The position numbers and the translations under genes are program-made. The notes under the pieces are model-generated. The model did no database searches and was not told the DNA's origin. It saw only the letters and a program-made list of their open reading frames with translations. A stretch of DNA of 64,000 nt from Eledone cirrhosa. Taxonomy: Eukaryota. Of this stretch, positions 1 to 11,500 are shown one piece after another; the first letter of the stretch is position 1, and the number at the start of each line of letters is the position of its first letter. The stretch is taken from NCBI GenBank assembly GCA_964016885.1, contig OZ024757.1, positions 3,162,001-3,226,000 on the forward strand. The letters run 5' to 3'.

Positions 1-844
1 AGACATTCTAACCACATGTCTATAGTATCAGAGCTGTGATCTCTCAATTCAGAGATTCTTTCCTGAGACGTTCTAACAACATGTCTGTAGTATCAGAGCT
101 TTGATCTCTCAATTCAGAGATTCTTTCCTGAGACATTCTAACCACATGTCTGTAGTATCAGAGCTGTGATCTCTCAATCCAGAGATTCTTTCTTGAGACA
201 TTCTTACCACATGTTTGTAGTATCAGAGCTGTGATCTCTCAATTCAGAGATTCTTTCCTGCGACATTCTAACCACAAGTCTGTAGTATCAGAGCTGTGAT
301 CTCTTAATTCAGAGATTCTTTCCTGAGACATTCTAACCACATGTCTGTAGTATCAGAGCGGTGATCTCTCAATCCAGAGATTCTTTCTTGAGACATTCTT
401 ACCACATGTTTGTAGTATCAGAGCTGTGATCTCTCAATTTAGAGATTCTTTCCTGAGACATGCTAACCACATGTCTGTAGTATCAGAGCTGTGATCTCTC
501 AATTCAAAAATTCTTTCCTGAGACATTCTAACCACATGTCTGTAGTATCAGAGTGTGATCTCTTAATTCAGAGATTCTTTCCTGAGACATTCTAACCCCA
601 TGTCTATATTATCAGAGCTGTGATCTCTCAATTCAGAGATTCTTTCCTGAGACGCTCTAACCACATGTCTGTAGTATCAGAGGTTTGATCTCTCAATTCA
701 GAGATTCTTTCCTGAGACATTCTAATCACATGTCATCAGTATTAGAGCTGTCATCTCTCAATCCAGAGATTCTTTCCTGAGACATTCTAACCACATGTCT
801 GTAGTATCAGAGCTGTGATCTCTCAATTCAGAGATTCTTTCCTG

Positions 845-972
845 CGACATTCTAACCACATGTCTGTAGTATCAGAGTGTGATCTCTTAATTCAGAGATT
901 CTTTCCTGCGACATTCTAACCACATGTCTGTAGTATCAGAGTGTGATCTCTTAATTCAGAGATTCTTTCCTG
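845..972. repeat. Doublet of 64-bp monomer variant (GAGTGTGATCTCTTAA, 1-bp deletion)
   Basis: Doublets occur at 845, 33088, 38547 and 58436, and a singleton at 521-584. Each monomer shifts the register by -1. Confidence 0.93.
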
Positions 973-1687
973 AGACATTCTAACCCCATGTCTATATTAT
1001 CAGAGCTGTGATCTCTCAATTCAGAGATTCTTTCCTGAGACGCTCTAACCACATGTCTGTAGTATCAGAGGTTTGATCTCTCAATTCAGAGATTCTTTCC
1101 TGAGACATTCAAACCACATGTCTGTAGTATCAGAGCTGTGATCTCTCAATTCAGAGATTCTTTCCTGTGACATTCTAACCACATGTCTGTAGTATCAGAG
1201 CTGTGATCTATTAATTCAGAGATTCTTTCCTGAGACATTCTAACCACATGTCTATTGTATCAGAGCGGTGATCTCTCAATTCAGAGATTCTTTCCTGAGA
1301 CATTCTAACCACATGTCTATAGTATCAGAGATGTGATCTCTCAATTCATAGATTCTTTCCTGAGACATGCTAACCACATGTCTGTAGTATCAGAGCTGTG
1401 ATCTCTCAATTCAAAAATTCTTTCCTGAGACATTCTAACCACATGTCTGTAGTATCAGAGCTGTGATCTCTCAATTTAGAGATTCTTTCCTGAGACATTC
1501 TAATCACATGTCTTCAGTATTAGAGCTGTGATCTCTCAATCCAGAGATTCTTTCCTGAGACATTCTAAACACATATCTATAGTAATAGAGCTGTGATCTC
1601 TCAATTCAAAGATTCTTTCCAGAGATATTCTTACCACATGTCTGTAGTATCAGAGCTGTGATCTCTCAATTCAGAGATTCTTTCCTG

Positions 1688-1752
1688 AGACATTCCCGCC
1701 ACCAATCTGTAGTATCAGCGTTGTGATCTCTCAATTCAGAGATTCTTTTCTC
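1688..1752. repeat. Divergent monomer type (first of roughly 70 copies): AGACATTCCCGCCACCAATCTGTAGTATCAGCGTTGTG...TTTTCTC
   Basis: It has 10 of 65 substitutions versus consensus, 6 of them within monomer positions 9-18. It recurs through to 63699. Confidence 0.95.
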
Positions 1753-4700
1753 AGACATTCTAACAACATTTCTATAGTATCAGAGCTGTGATCTCTCAAT
1801 TCAGAGATTCTTTCTTGAGACATTCTAACCTCATGTCTGTAGTATCAGAGCTGTGATCTCTCAATTTAGAGATTCTTTCCTGAGACATTCTAACCACATA
1901 TCTATAGTATTAGAGCTGTGATCTCTCAATTCAAAGATTCTTTCCAGAGATATTCTAACCACATGTCTGTAGTATCAGAGATGTGATCTCTCAATTCAGA
2001 GATTCCTTCATGAGACATTCTAACCACATGTCTATAGTATCAGAGCTTAGATCTCTCAATTCAGAGATTATTTCCTGAGACATTCTAACCGCATGTCTGT
2101 AGTATCAGAGCTGTGATCTCTCAATCCAGAGACTCTTTCTTGAGACATTCTAACGAAATGTCTGTAGTATCAGAGCTGTGATCTCTCAATTCAGAGATTC
2201 TTACCTGCGACATTCTAACCACATGTCTATAATATCAGAGCTGTGATCTCTCAATTTAGAGATTCTTTCCTGAGACATTCTAACCACATGTCTGTAGTAT
2301 CAGAGCTGTGATCTCTCAATTTAGAGATTCTTTCCTGAGACATTCTAACCACATATCTATAGTATTAGAGCTGTGATCTCTCAATTCAAAGATTCTTTCC
2401 TGAGACATTCTAACCACATGTCTGTAGTATCAGAGCTGTGATCTCTCAATTTAGAGATTCTTTCCTGAGACATTCTAAACACATATCTATAGTATTAGAG
2501 CTGTGATCGCTCAATTCAAAGATTCTTTCCTGAAACATTCTAACCACATGTCTATAGTATCAGAGCTGTGATCTCTCCATTCAGAGATTCTTTCCTGAGA
2601 CATTCTAACCACATGTCTGTAGTATCAGAGGTGTGATCTCTCAATTCAGAGATTCTTTCCTGAGACATGCTAACCACATGTCAGTAGTATCAGTGCTGTG
2701 ATCTCTCAATTCAGAGATTCTTTCCTGAGACATTCTAACCACACGTCTGTAGTATCAGAGCTGTGATCTCTCAACTTAGAGATTCTTTCCTGAGACATTC
2801 TAACCACATGTCTTCAGTATTAGAGCTGTGATCTCTCAATCCAGAGATTCTTTCCTGAGACATTCTAACCACATATCTATAGTATTAGAACTGTGATCTC
2901 TCAATTCAAAGATTCTTTCCAGAGATATTCTTACCACATGTCAGTAGTATCAGAGCTCTGATCTCTCAATTCAGAGATTCTTTCCTGAGACATTCCCGCC
3001 ACCAATCTGTAGTATCAGCGTTGTGATCTCTCAATTCAGAGATTCTTTTCTCAGACATTCTAACCACATTTCTATAGTATCATAGCTGTGATCTCTCAAT
3101 TTAGAGATTCTTTCCTGAGGCATTCTAACCACATGTCTATAGCATCAGAGCTGTGATCTCTCAATTCAGAGATTCTTTCTTGAGACATTCTAACCTCATG
3201 TCTGTAATATCAGAGCTGTGATCTCTCAATTTAGAGATTATTTCCTGAGACATTCTAACCACATATCTATAGTATTAGAGCTGTGATCTCTCAATTCAAA
3301 GATTCTTTCCAGAGATATTCTAACCACATGTCTGTAGGATCAGAGCCGTGATCTCTCAATTCAGAGATTCCTTCATGAGACATTCTAACCACATGTCTAT
3401 AGTATCAGATCTGTGATCTCTCAATTCAGAGATTCTTTCCTGAGACATTCTAACCACATGTCTGTAGTATCAGAGCTGTGATCTCTCAATCCAGAGATTC
3501 TTTCTTGAGACATTCTAACCACATGTATGTAGTATCAGAGCTGTGATCTCTCAATTCAGAGATTCTTACCTGCGACATTCTAACCACATGTCTATAGTTT
3601 CAGAGCTGTGATCTCTCAATTTAGAGATTCTTTCCTGAGACATTCTAACCACATGTCTGTAGTATCAGAGCTGTGATCTTTCAATTCAGAGATTCTTTCC
3701 TGAGACATTCTAACCCCATATCTATAGTATTAGAGCTGTGATCTCTCAATTCAAAGATTCTTTCCTGAGACATTCTAACCACATGTCTGTAGTATCAGAG
3801 CTGTGATATCTCAATTTAGAAATTCTTTCCTGAGTCATTCTAAACACATATTTATAGTATTAGAGCTGTGATCTCTCAATTCAAAGATTCTTTCCTGAAA
3901 CATTCTAACCACATGTCTATAGTATCAGAGCTGTGATCTCTCAATTCAGAGATTCTTTCCTGAGACATTCTAATCACATGTCTGTAGTATCAGAGGTGTG
4001 ATCTCTCAATTCAGAGATTCTTTCCTGAGACATGCTAACCACATGTCTGTAGTATCAGTGCTGTGATCTCTCAATTCAGAGATTCTTTCCTGAGACATTC
4101 TAACCACACGTCTGTAGTATCAGAGCTGTGATCTCTCAACTTAGAGATTCTTTCCTGAGACATTCTAACCACATGTCTTCAGTATTAGAGCTGTGATCTC
4201 TCAATCCAGAGATTCTTTCCTGAGACATTCTAACCACATATCTATAGTATTAGAGCTGTGATCTCTCAATTCAAAGATTCTTTCCAGAGATATTCTTAAC
4301 ACATGTCAGTAGTATCAGTGCTCTGATCTCTCAATTCAGAGATTCTTTCCTGAGACATTCCCGCCAACAATCTGTAGTATCAGCGTTGTGATCTCTCAAT
4401 TCAGAGATTCTTTTCTCAGACATTCTAACCACATTTCTATAGTATCATAGCTGTGATCTCTCAATTTAGAGATTCTTTCCTGAGGCATTCTAACCACATG
4501 TCTATAGCATCAGAGCTGTGATCTCTCAATTCAGAGATTCTTTCCTGAGACATTCTAACCACATGTCTGTAGTATCAGAGCTGTGATCTCTCAATTTAGA
4601 GATTCTTTTCTGAGACATTCTACCCACATATCTATAGTATTAGAGCTGTCATCTCTCAATTCAAAGATTCTTTCCAGAGATATTCTAACCACATGTCTGT

Positions 4701-5522
4701 AGTATCAGAGCTGTGATATCTCAATTCAGAGATTCTTTCCTGAGACATGTTAACCACATGTCTATAGTATCAGAGCTGTGATCTCTCAATTCAGAGATTC
4801 TTTCCTGAGACATTCCCGCCACCAATATGTAGTATCAGCGTTGTGTTCTCTCAATTCAGAGATTCTTTTCTCAGACATTCTAACCACATTTTTATAGTAT
4901 CAGAGCTGTGATCTCTCAATTTAGAGATTCTTTCCTGAGGCATTCTAACCACATGTCTATAGCATCAGAGCTGTGATCTCTCAATTCAGAGATTCTTTCC
5001 TGAGACATTCTAACCACATGTCTGTAGTATCAGAGCTGTGATCTCTCAATTCAGAGATTCTTTCCTGAGACAATCTAACCACATGTCTGTAGTATCAGAG
5101 CTGTGATCTCTCAATTTAGAGATTCTTTCCTGAGACATTCTAACCACATATCTATAGTATTAGAGCTGTGATCTCTCAATTCAAAGATTCTTTCCAGAGA
5201 TATTCTTACCACATGTCTGTAGTATCAGAGCTGTGATCTCTCAATTCAGAGATTCTTTCCTGAGACATTCTAAACACATGTCTATAGTATCAGAGCTGTG
5301 ATCTCTCAATTCAGAGATTCTTTCCTGAGACATTCTAACCACATGTCTGTAGTATCAGAGCTGGGATCTCTCAATCCAGAGATTCTTTCCTGAGACATTC
5401 TAAGCACATATCTATAGTATTAGAGCTGTGATCTCTCAATTCAAAGATTCTTTCCAGAGATATTCTTACCACATGTCAGTAGTATCAGAGCTCTGATCTC
5501 TCAATTCAGAGATTCTTTCCTG

Positions 5523-8500
5523 AGACATTCCCGCCACCAATCTGTAGTATCAGCGTTGTGATCTCTCAATTCAGAGATTATTTTCTCAGACATTCTAACC
5601 ACATTTCTATAGTATCAGAGCTGTGATCTCTCAATTCAGAGATTCTTTCCTGAGACATTCTAACCACATGTCTGTAGTATCAAAGCTGTGATCTCTCAAG
5701 TTAGAGATTCTTCTCCTGAGGCATTCTAACCACATGTCTTTAGTATTAGAGCTGTGATCTCTCAATCCAGAGATTCTTTCCTGACCCATTCTAACCACAT
5801 ATCTATGGTATTAGAGCTGTGATCTCTCAATTCAAAGATTCTTTACAGAGATATTCTTACCACATGTCTGTAGTATCAGAGCTGTGATCTCTCAATTCAG
5901 AGATTCTTTCCTGAGACATTCCCCCCACCAATCTGTAGTATCAGCGTTGTGATCTCTCAATTCAGAGATTCTTTTCTCAGACGTTCTAACCACATTTCTA
6001 TATTATCAGAGCTGTGATCTCTCAATTCAGAGATTCTTTCCTGAGACATTCTAACCACATGTCTGTAGTATCAGAGCTGTGATCTCTCAATTTAGAGATT
6101 CTTTCCTGAGACATTCTAACCACATGTCTATAGTATCAGAGCTGTGATCTCTCAATTCTGAGATTCTTTCCTGAGACATTCTAACCACATGTCTGTAGTA
6201 TAAGAGGTGTGATCTCTCAATTCAGAGATTCTTTCCTGAGACATGTTAACCACATGTCTGTAGTATCAGAGCTGTGATCTCTCAATTCAGAGATTCTTTC
6301 CTGAGACATTCTAACCACATGTCTGTAGTATCAGAGCTGTGATCTCTCAATCCAGAGATTCTTTCCTGAGACATTCTAACCACATATCTAGAGTATCAGA
6401 GCTGTGATCTCTCAATTTAGAGATTCTTTCCTGAGACATTCTAACCACATATCTATAGTATTAGATCTGTGATCTCTCATTTCAAAGATTCTTTCCAGAG
6501 ATATTCTTACCACATGTCTGTAGTATCAGAGCTGTGATCTCTCAATTCAGAGATCCTTTCCTGCGACATTCTAACCACATGTCTATAGTATCAGAGCTGT
6601 GATCTCACAATTCAGAGATTCTTTCCTGAGACATTCTAACCACATGTCTGTAGTATCAGAGCTGTGATCTCTCAATTCAGAGATTCTTACCTGAGACATT
6701 CCCGCCACCAATCTGTAGTATCAGCGTTGTGATCTTTCAATTCAGAGATTCTTTTCTCAGACATTCTAACCACATTTTTATAGTATCAGAGCTGTGATCT
6801 CTCAATTTAGAGATTCTTTCCTGAGGCATTCTAACCACATGTCTATAGCATCAGAGCTGCGATCTCTCAATCCAGAGATTCTTTCCTGAGACATTCTAAC
6901 CACATATCTATGGTATTAGAGCTGTGATCTCTCAATTCAAAGATTCTTTACAGAGATATTCTTACCACATGTCTGTAGTATCAGAGCTGTGATCTCTCAA
7001 TTCAGAGATTCTTTCCTGAGACGCTCTAACCACATGTCTGTAGTATCAGAGGTTTGATCTCTCAATTCGGAGATTCTTTCCTGAGACATTCAAACCACAC
7101 GTCTGTAGTATCAGAGCTGTGATCTCTCAATTCAGAGATTCTTTCCTGAGACATTCCCGCCACCAATCTGTAGTATCAGCGTTGTGATCTCTCAATTCAG
7201 AGATTCTTTTCTCAGACATTCTAACAACATTTCTATAGTATCAGAGCTGTGATCTCTCAATTCAGAGATTCTTTCTTGAGACATTCTAACCTCATGTCTG
7301 TAGTATCAGAGCTGTGATCTCTCAATTTAGAGATTCTTTCCTGAGACATTCTAACCACATATCTATAGTATTAGAGCTGTGATCTCTCAATTCAAAGATT
7401 CTTTCCAGAGATATTCTAACCACATGTCTGTAGTATCAGAGCTGTGATCTCTCAATTCAGAGATTCCTTCATGAGACATTCTAACCACATGTCTATCGTA
7501 TCAGAGCTTAGATCTCTCAATTCAGAGATTCTTTCCTGAGACATTCTAACCGCATGTCTGTAGTATCAGAGCTGTGATCTCTCAATCCAGAGACTCTTTC
7601 TTGAGACATTCTAACGACATGTCTGTAGTATCAGAGCTGTGATCTCTCAATTCAGAGATTCTTACCTGCGACATTCTAACCACATGTCTATAATATCAGA
7701 GCTCTGATCTCTCAATTCAGAGATTCTTTCCTGAGACATTCCCGCCACCAATCTGTAGTATCAGCGTTGTGATCTCTCAATTCAGAGATTATTTTCTCAG
7801 ACATTCTAACCACATTTCTATAGTATCAGAGCTGTGATCTCTCAATTCAGAGATTCTTTCCTGAGACATTCTAACCACATGTCTGTAGTATCAAAGCTGT
7901 GATCTCACAAGTTAGAGATTCTTCTCCTGAGGCATTCTAACCACATGTCTTCAGTATTAGAGCTGTGATCTCTCAATCCAGAGATTCTTTCCTGACCCAT
8001 TCTAACCACATATCTATGGTATTAGAGCTGTGATCTCTCAATTCAAAGATTCTTTACAGAGATATTCTTACCACATGTCTGTAGTATCAGAGCTGTGATC
8101 TCTCAATTCAGAGATTCTTTCCTGAGACATTCCCCCCACCAATCTGTAGTATCAGCGTTGTGATCTCTCAATTCAGAGATTCTTTTCTCAGACGTTCTAA
8201 CCACATTTCTATATTATCAGAGCTGTGATCTCTCAATTCAGAGATTCTTTCCTGAGACATTCTAACCACATGTCTGTAGTATCAGAGCTGTGATCTCTCA
8301 ATTTAGAGATTCTTTCCTGAGACATTCTAACCACATGTCTATAGTATCAGAGCTGTGATCTCTCAATTCAGAGATTCTTTCCTGAGACATTCTAACCACA
8401 TGTCTGTAGTATAAGAGGTGTGATCTCTCAATTCAGAGATTCTTTCCTGAGACATGTTAACCACATGTCTGTAGTATCAGAGCTGTGATCTCTCAATTCA

Positions 8501-11500
8501 GAGATTCTTTCCTGAGACATTCTAACCACATGTCTGTAGTATCAGAGCTGTGATCTCTCAATCCAGAGATTCTTTCCTGAGACATTCTAACCACATATCT
8601 AGAGTATCAGAGCTGTGATCTCTCAATTTAGAGATTCTTTCCTGAGACATTCTAACCACATATCTATAGTATTAGAGCTGTGATCTCTCATTTCAAAGAT
8701 TCTTTCCAGAGATATTCTTACCACATGTCTGTAGTATCAGAGCTGTGATCTCTCAATTCAGAGATCCTTTCCTGCGACATTCTAACCACATGTCTATAGT
8801 ATCAGAGCTGTGATCTCTCAATTCAGAGATTCTTTCTTGAGACATTCTAACGACATGTCTGTAGTATCAGAGCTGTGATCTCTCAATTCAGAGATTCTTA
8901 CCTGCGACATTCTAACCACATGTCTATAATATCAGAGCTCTGATCTCTCAATTCAGAGATTCTTTCCTGAGACATTCCCGCCACCAATCTGTAGTATCAG
9001 CGTTGTGATCTCTCAATTCAGAGATTATTTTCTCAGACATTCTAACCACATTTCTATAGTATCAGAGCTGTGATCTCTCAATTCAGAGATTCTTTCCTGA
9101 GACATTCTAACCACATGTCTGTAGTATCAAAGCTGTGATCTCTCAAGTTAGAGATTCTTCTCCTGAGGCATTCTAACCACATGTCTTCAGTATTAGAGCT
9201 GTGATCTCTCAATCCAGAGATTCTTTCCTGACCCATTCTAACCACATATCTATGGTATTAGAGCTGTGATCTCTCAATTCAAAGATTCTTTACAGAGATA
9301 TTCTTACCACATGTCTGTAGTATCAGAGCTGTGATCTCTCAATTCAGAGATTCTTTCCTGAGACATTCCCCCCACATATCTGTAGTATCAGCGTTGTGAT
9401 CTCTCAATTCAGAGATTCTTTTCTCAGACGTTCTAACCACATTTCTATATTATCAGAGCTGTGATCTCTCAATTCAGAGATTCTTTCCTGAGACATTCTA
9501 ACCACATGTCTGTAGTATCAGAGCTGTGATCTCTCAATTTAGAGATTCTTTCCTGAGACATTCTAACCACATGTCTATAGTATCAGAGCTGTGATCTCTC
9601 AATTCAGAGATTCTTTCCTGAGACATTCTAACCACATGTCTGTAGTATAAGGGGTGTGATCTCTCAATTCAGAGATTCTTTCCTGAGACATGTTAAACAC
9701 ATGTCTGTAGTATCAGAGCTGTGATCTCTCAATTCAGAGATTCTTTCCTGAGACATTCTAACCACATGTCTGTAGTATCAGAGCTGTGATCTCTCAATCC
9801 AGAGATTCTTTCCTGAGACATTCTAACCACATATCTAGAGTATCAGAGCTGTGATCTCTCAATTTAGAGATTCTTTCCTGAGACATTCTAACCACATATC
9901 TATTGTATTAGAGCTGTGATCTCTCATTTCAAAGATTCTTTCCAGAGATATTCTTACCACATGTCTGTAGTATCAGAGCTGTGATCTCTCAATTCAGAGA
10001 TCCTTTCCTGCGACATTCTAACCACATGTCTATAGTATCAGAGCTGTGATCTCTCAATTCAGAGATTCTTTCCTGAGACATTCTAACCACATGTCTGTAG
10101 TATCAGAGCTGTGATCTCTCAATTCAGAGATTCTTTCCTGAGACATTCCCGCCACCAATCTGTAGTATCAGCGTTGTGATCTTTCAATTCAGAGATTCTT
10201 TTCTCAGACATTCTAACCACATTTTTATAGTATCAGAGCTGTGATCTCTCAATTTAGAGATTCTTTCCTGAGGCATTCTAACCACATGTCTATAGCATCA
10301 GAGCTGCGATCTCTCAATCCAGAGATTCTTTCCTGAGACATTCTAACCACATATCTATGGTATTAGAGCTGTGATCTCTCAATTCAAAGATTCTTTACAG
10401 AGATATTCTTACCACATGTCTGTAGTATCAGAGCTGTGATCTCTCAATTCAGAGATTCTTTCCTGAGACGCTCTAACCACATGTCTGTAGTATCAGAGGT
10501 TTGATCTCTCAATTCGGAGATTCTTTCCTGAGACATTCAAACCACACGTCTGTAGTATCAGAGCTGTGATCTCTCAATTCAGAGATTCTTTCCTGAGACA
10601 TTCCCGCCACCAATCTGTAGTATCAGCGTTGTGATCTCTCAATTCAGAGATTCTTTTCTCAGACATTCTAACAACATTTCTATAGTATCAGAGCTGTGAT
10701 CTCTCAATTTAGAGATTCTTTCCTGAGGCATTCTAACCACATGTCTATAGCATCAGAGCTGTGATCTCTCAATTCAGAGATTCTTTCTTGAGACATTCTA
10801 ACCTCATGTCTGTAGTATCAGAGCTGTGATCTCTCAATTTAGAGATTCTTTCCTGAGACATTCTAACCACATATCTATAGTATTAGAGCTGTGATCTCTC
10901 AATTCAAAGATTCTTTCCAGAGATATTCTAACCACATGTCTGTAGTATCAGAGCTGTGATCTCTCAATTCAGAGATTCCTTCATGAGACATTCTAACCAC
11001 ATGTCTATCGTATCAGAGCTTAGATCTCTCAATTCAGAGATTCTTTCCTGAGACATTCTAACCGCATGTCTGTAGTATCAGAGCTGTGATCTCTCAATCC
11101 AGAGACTCTTTCTTGAGACATTCTAACGACATGTCTGTAGTATCAGAGCTGTGATCTCTCAATTCAGAGATTCTTACCTGCGACATTCTAACCACATGTC
11201 TATAATATCAGAGCTCTGATCTCTCAATTCAGAGATTCTTTCCTGAGACATTCCCGCCACCAATCTGTAGTATCAGCGTTGTGATCTCTCAATTCAGAGA
11301 TTATTTTCTCAGACATTCTAACCACATTTCTATAGTATCAGAGCTGTGATCTCTCAATTCAGAGATTCTTTCCTGAGACATTCTAACCACATGTCTGTAG
11401 TATCAAAGCTGTGATCTCTCAAGTTAGAGATTCTTCTCCTGAGGCATTCTAACCACATGTCTTCAGTATTAGAGCTGTGATCTCTCAATCCAGAGATTCT

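Noticed and set aside
38-41. GATC in every monomer as bacterial Dam/SeqA or iteron array
   Set aside because: It is a 4-bp motif inherent to the monomer. The array size and HOR structure fit eukaryotic satellite, and there is no rep gene or origin context.
456-476. p53-like response element (AGACATGCTA-A-CCACATGTCT) and E-box CACATG
   Set aside because: These are short degenerate matches with mismatches in both half-sites. They are expected by chance from the ACATGT palindrome and have no independent support.
1694-1710. Functional CENP-B box in the divergent monomer
   Set aside because: Only the TTGG and CGGGA parts match. The essential TTCG and central A are missing, so it is kept only as a resemblance in the findings.
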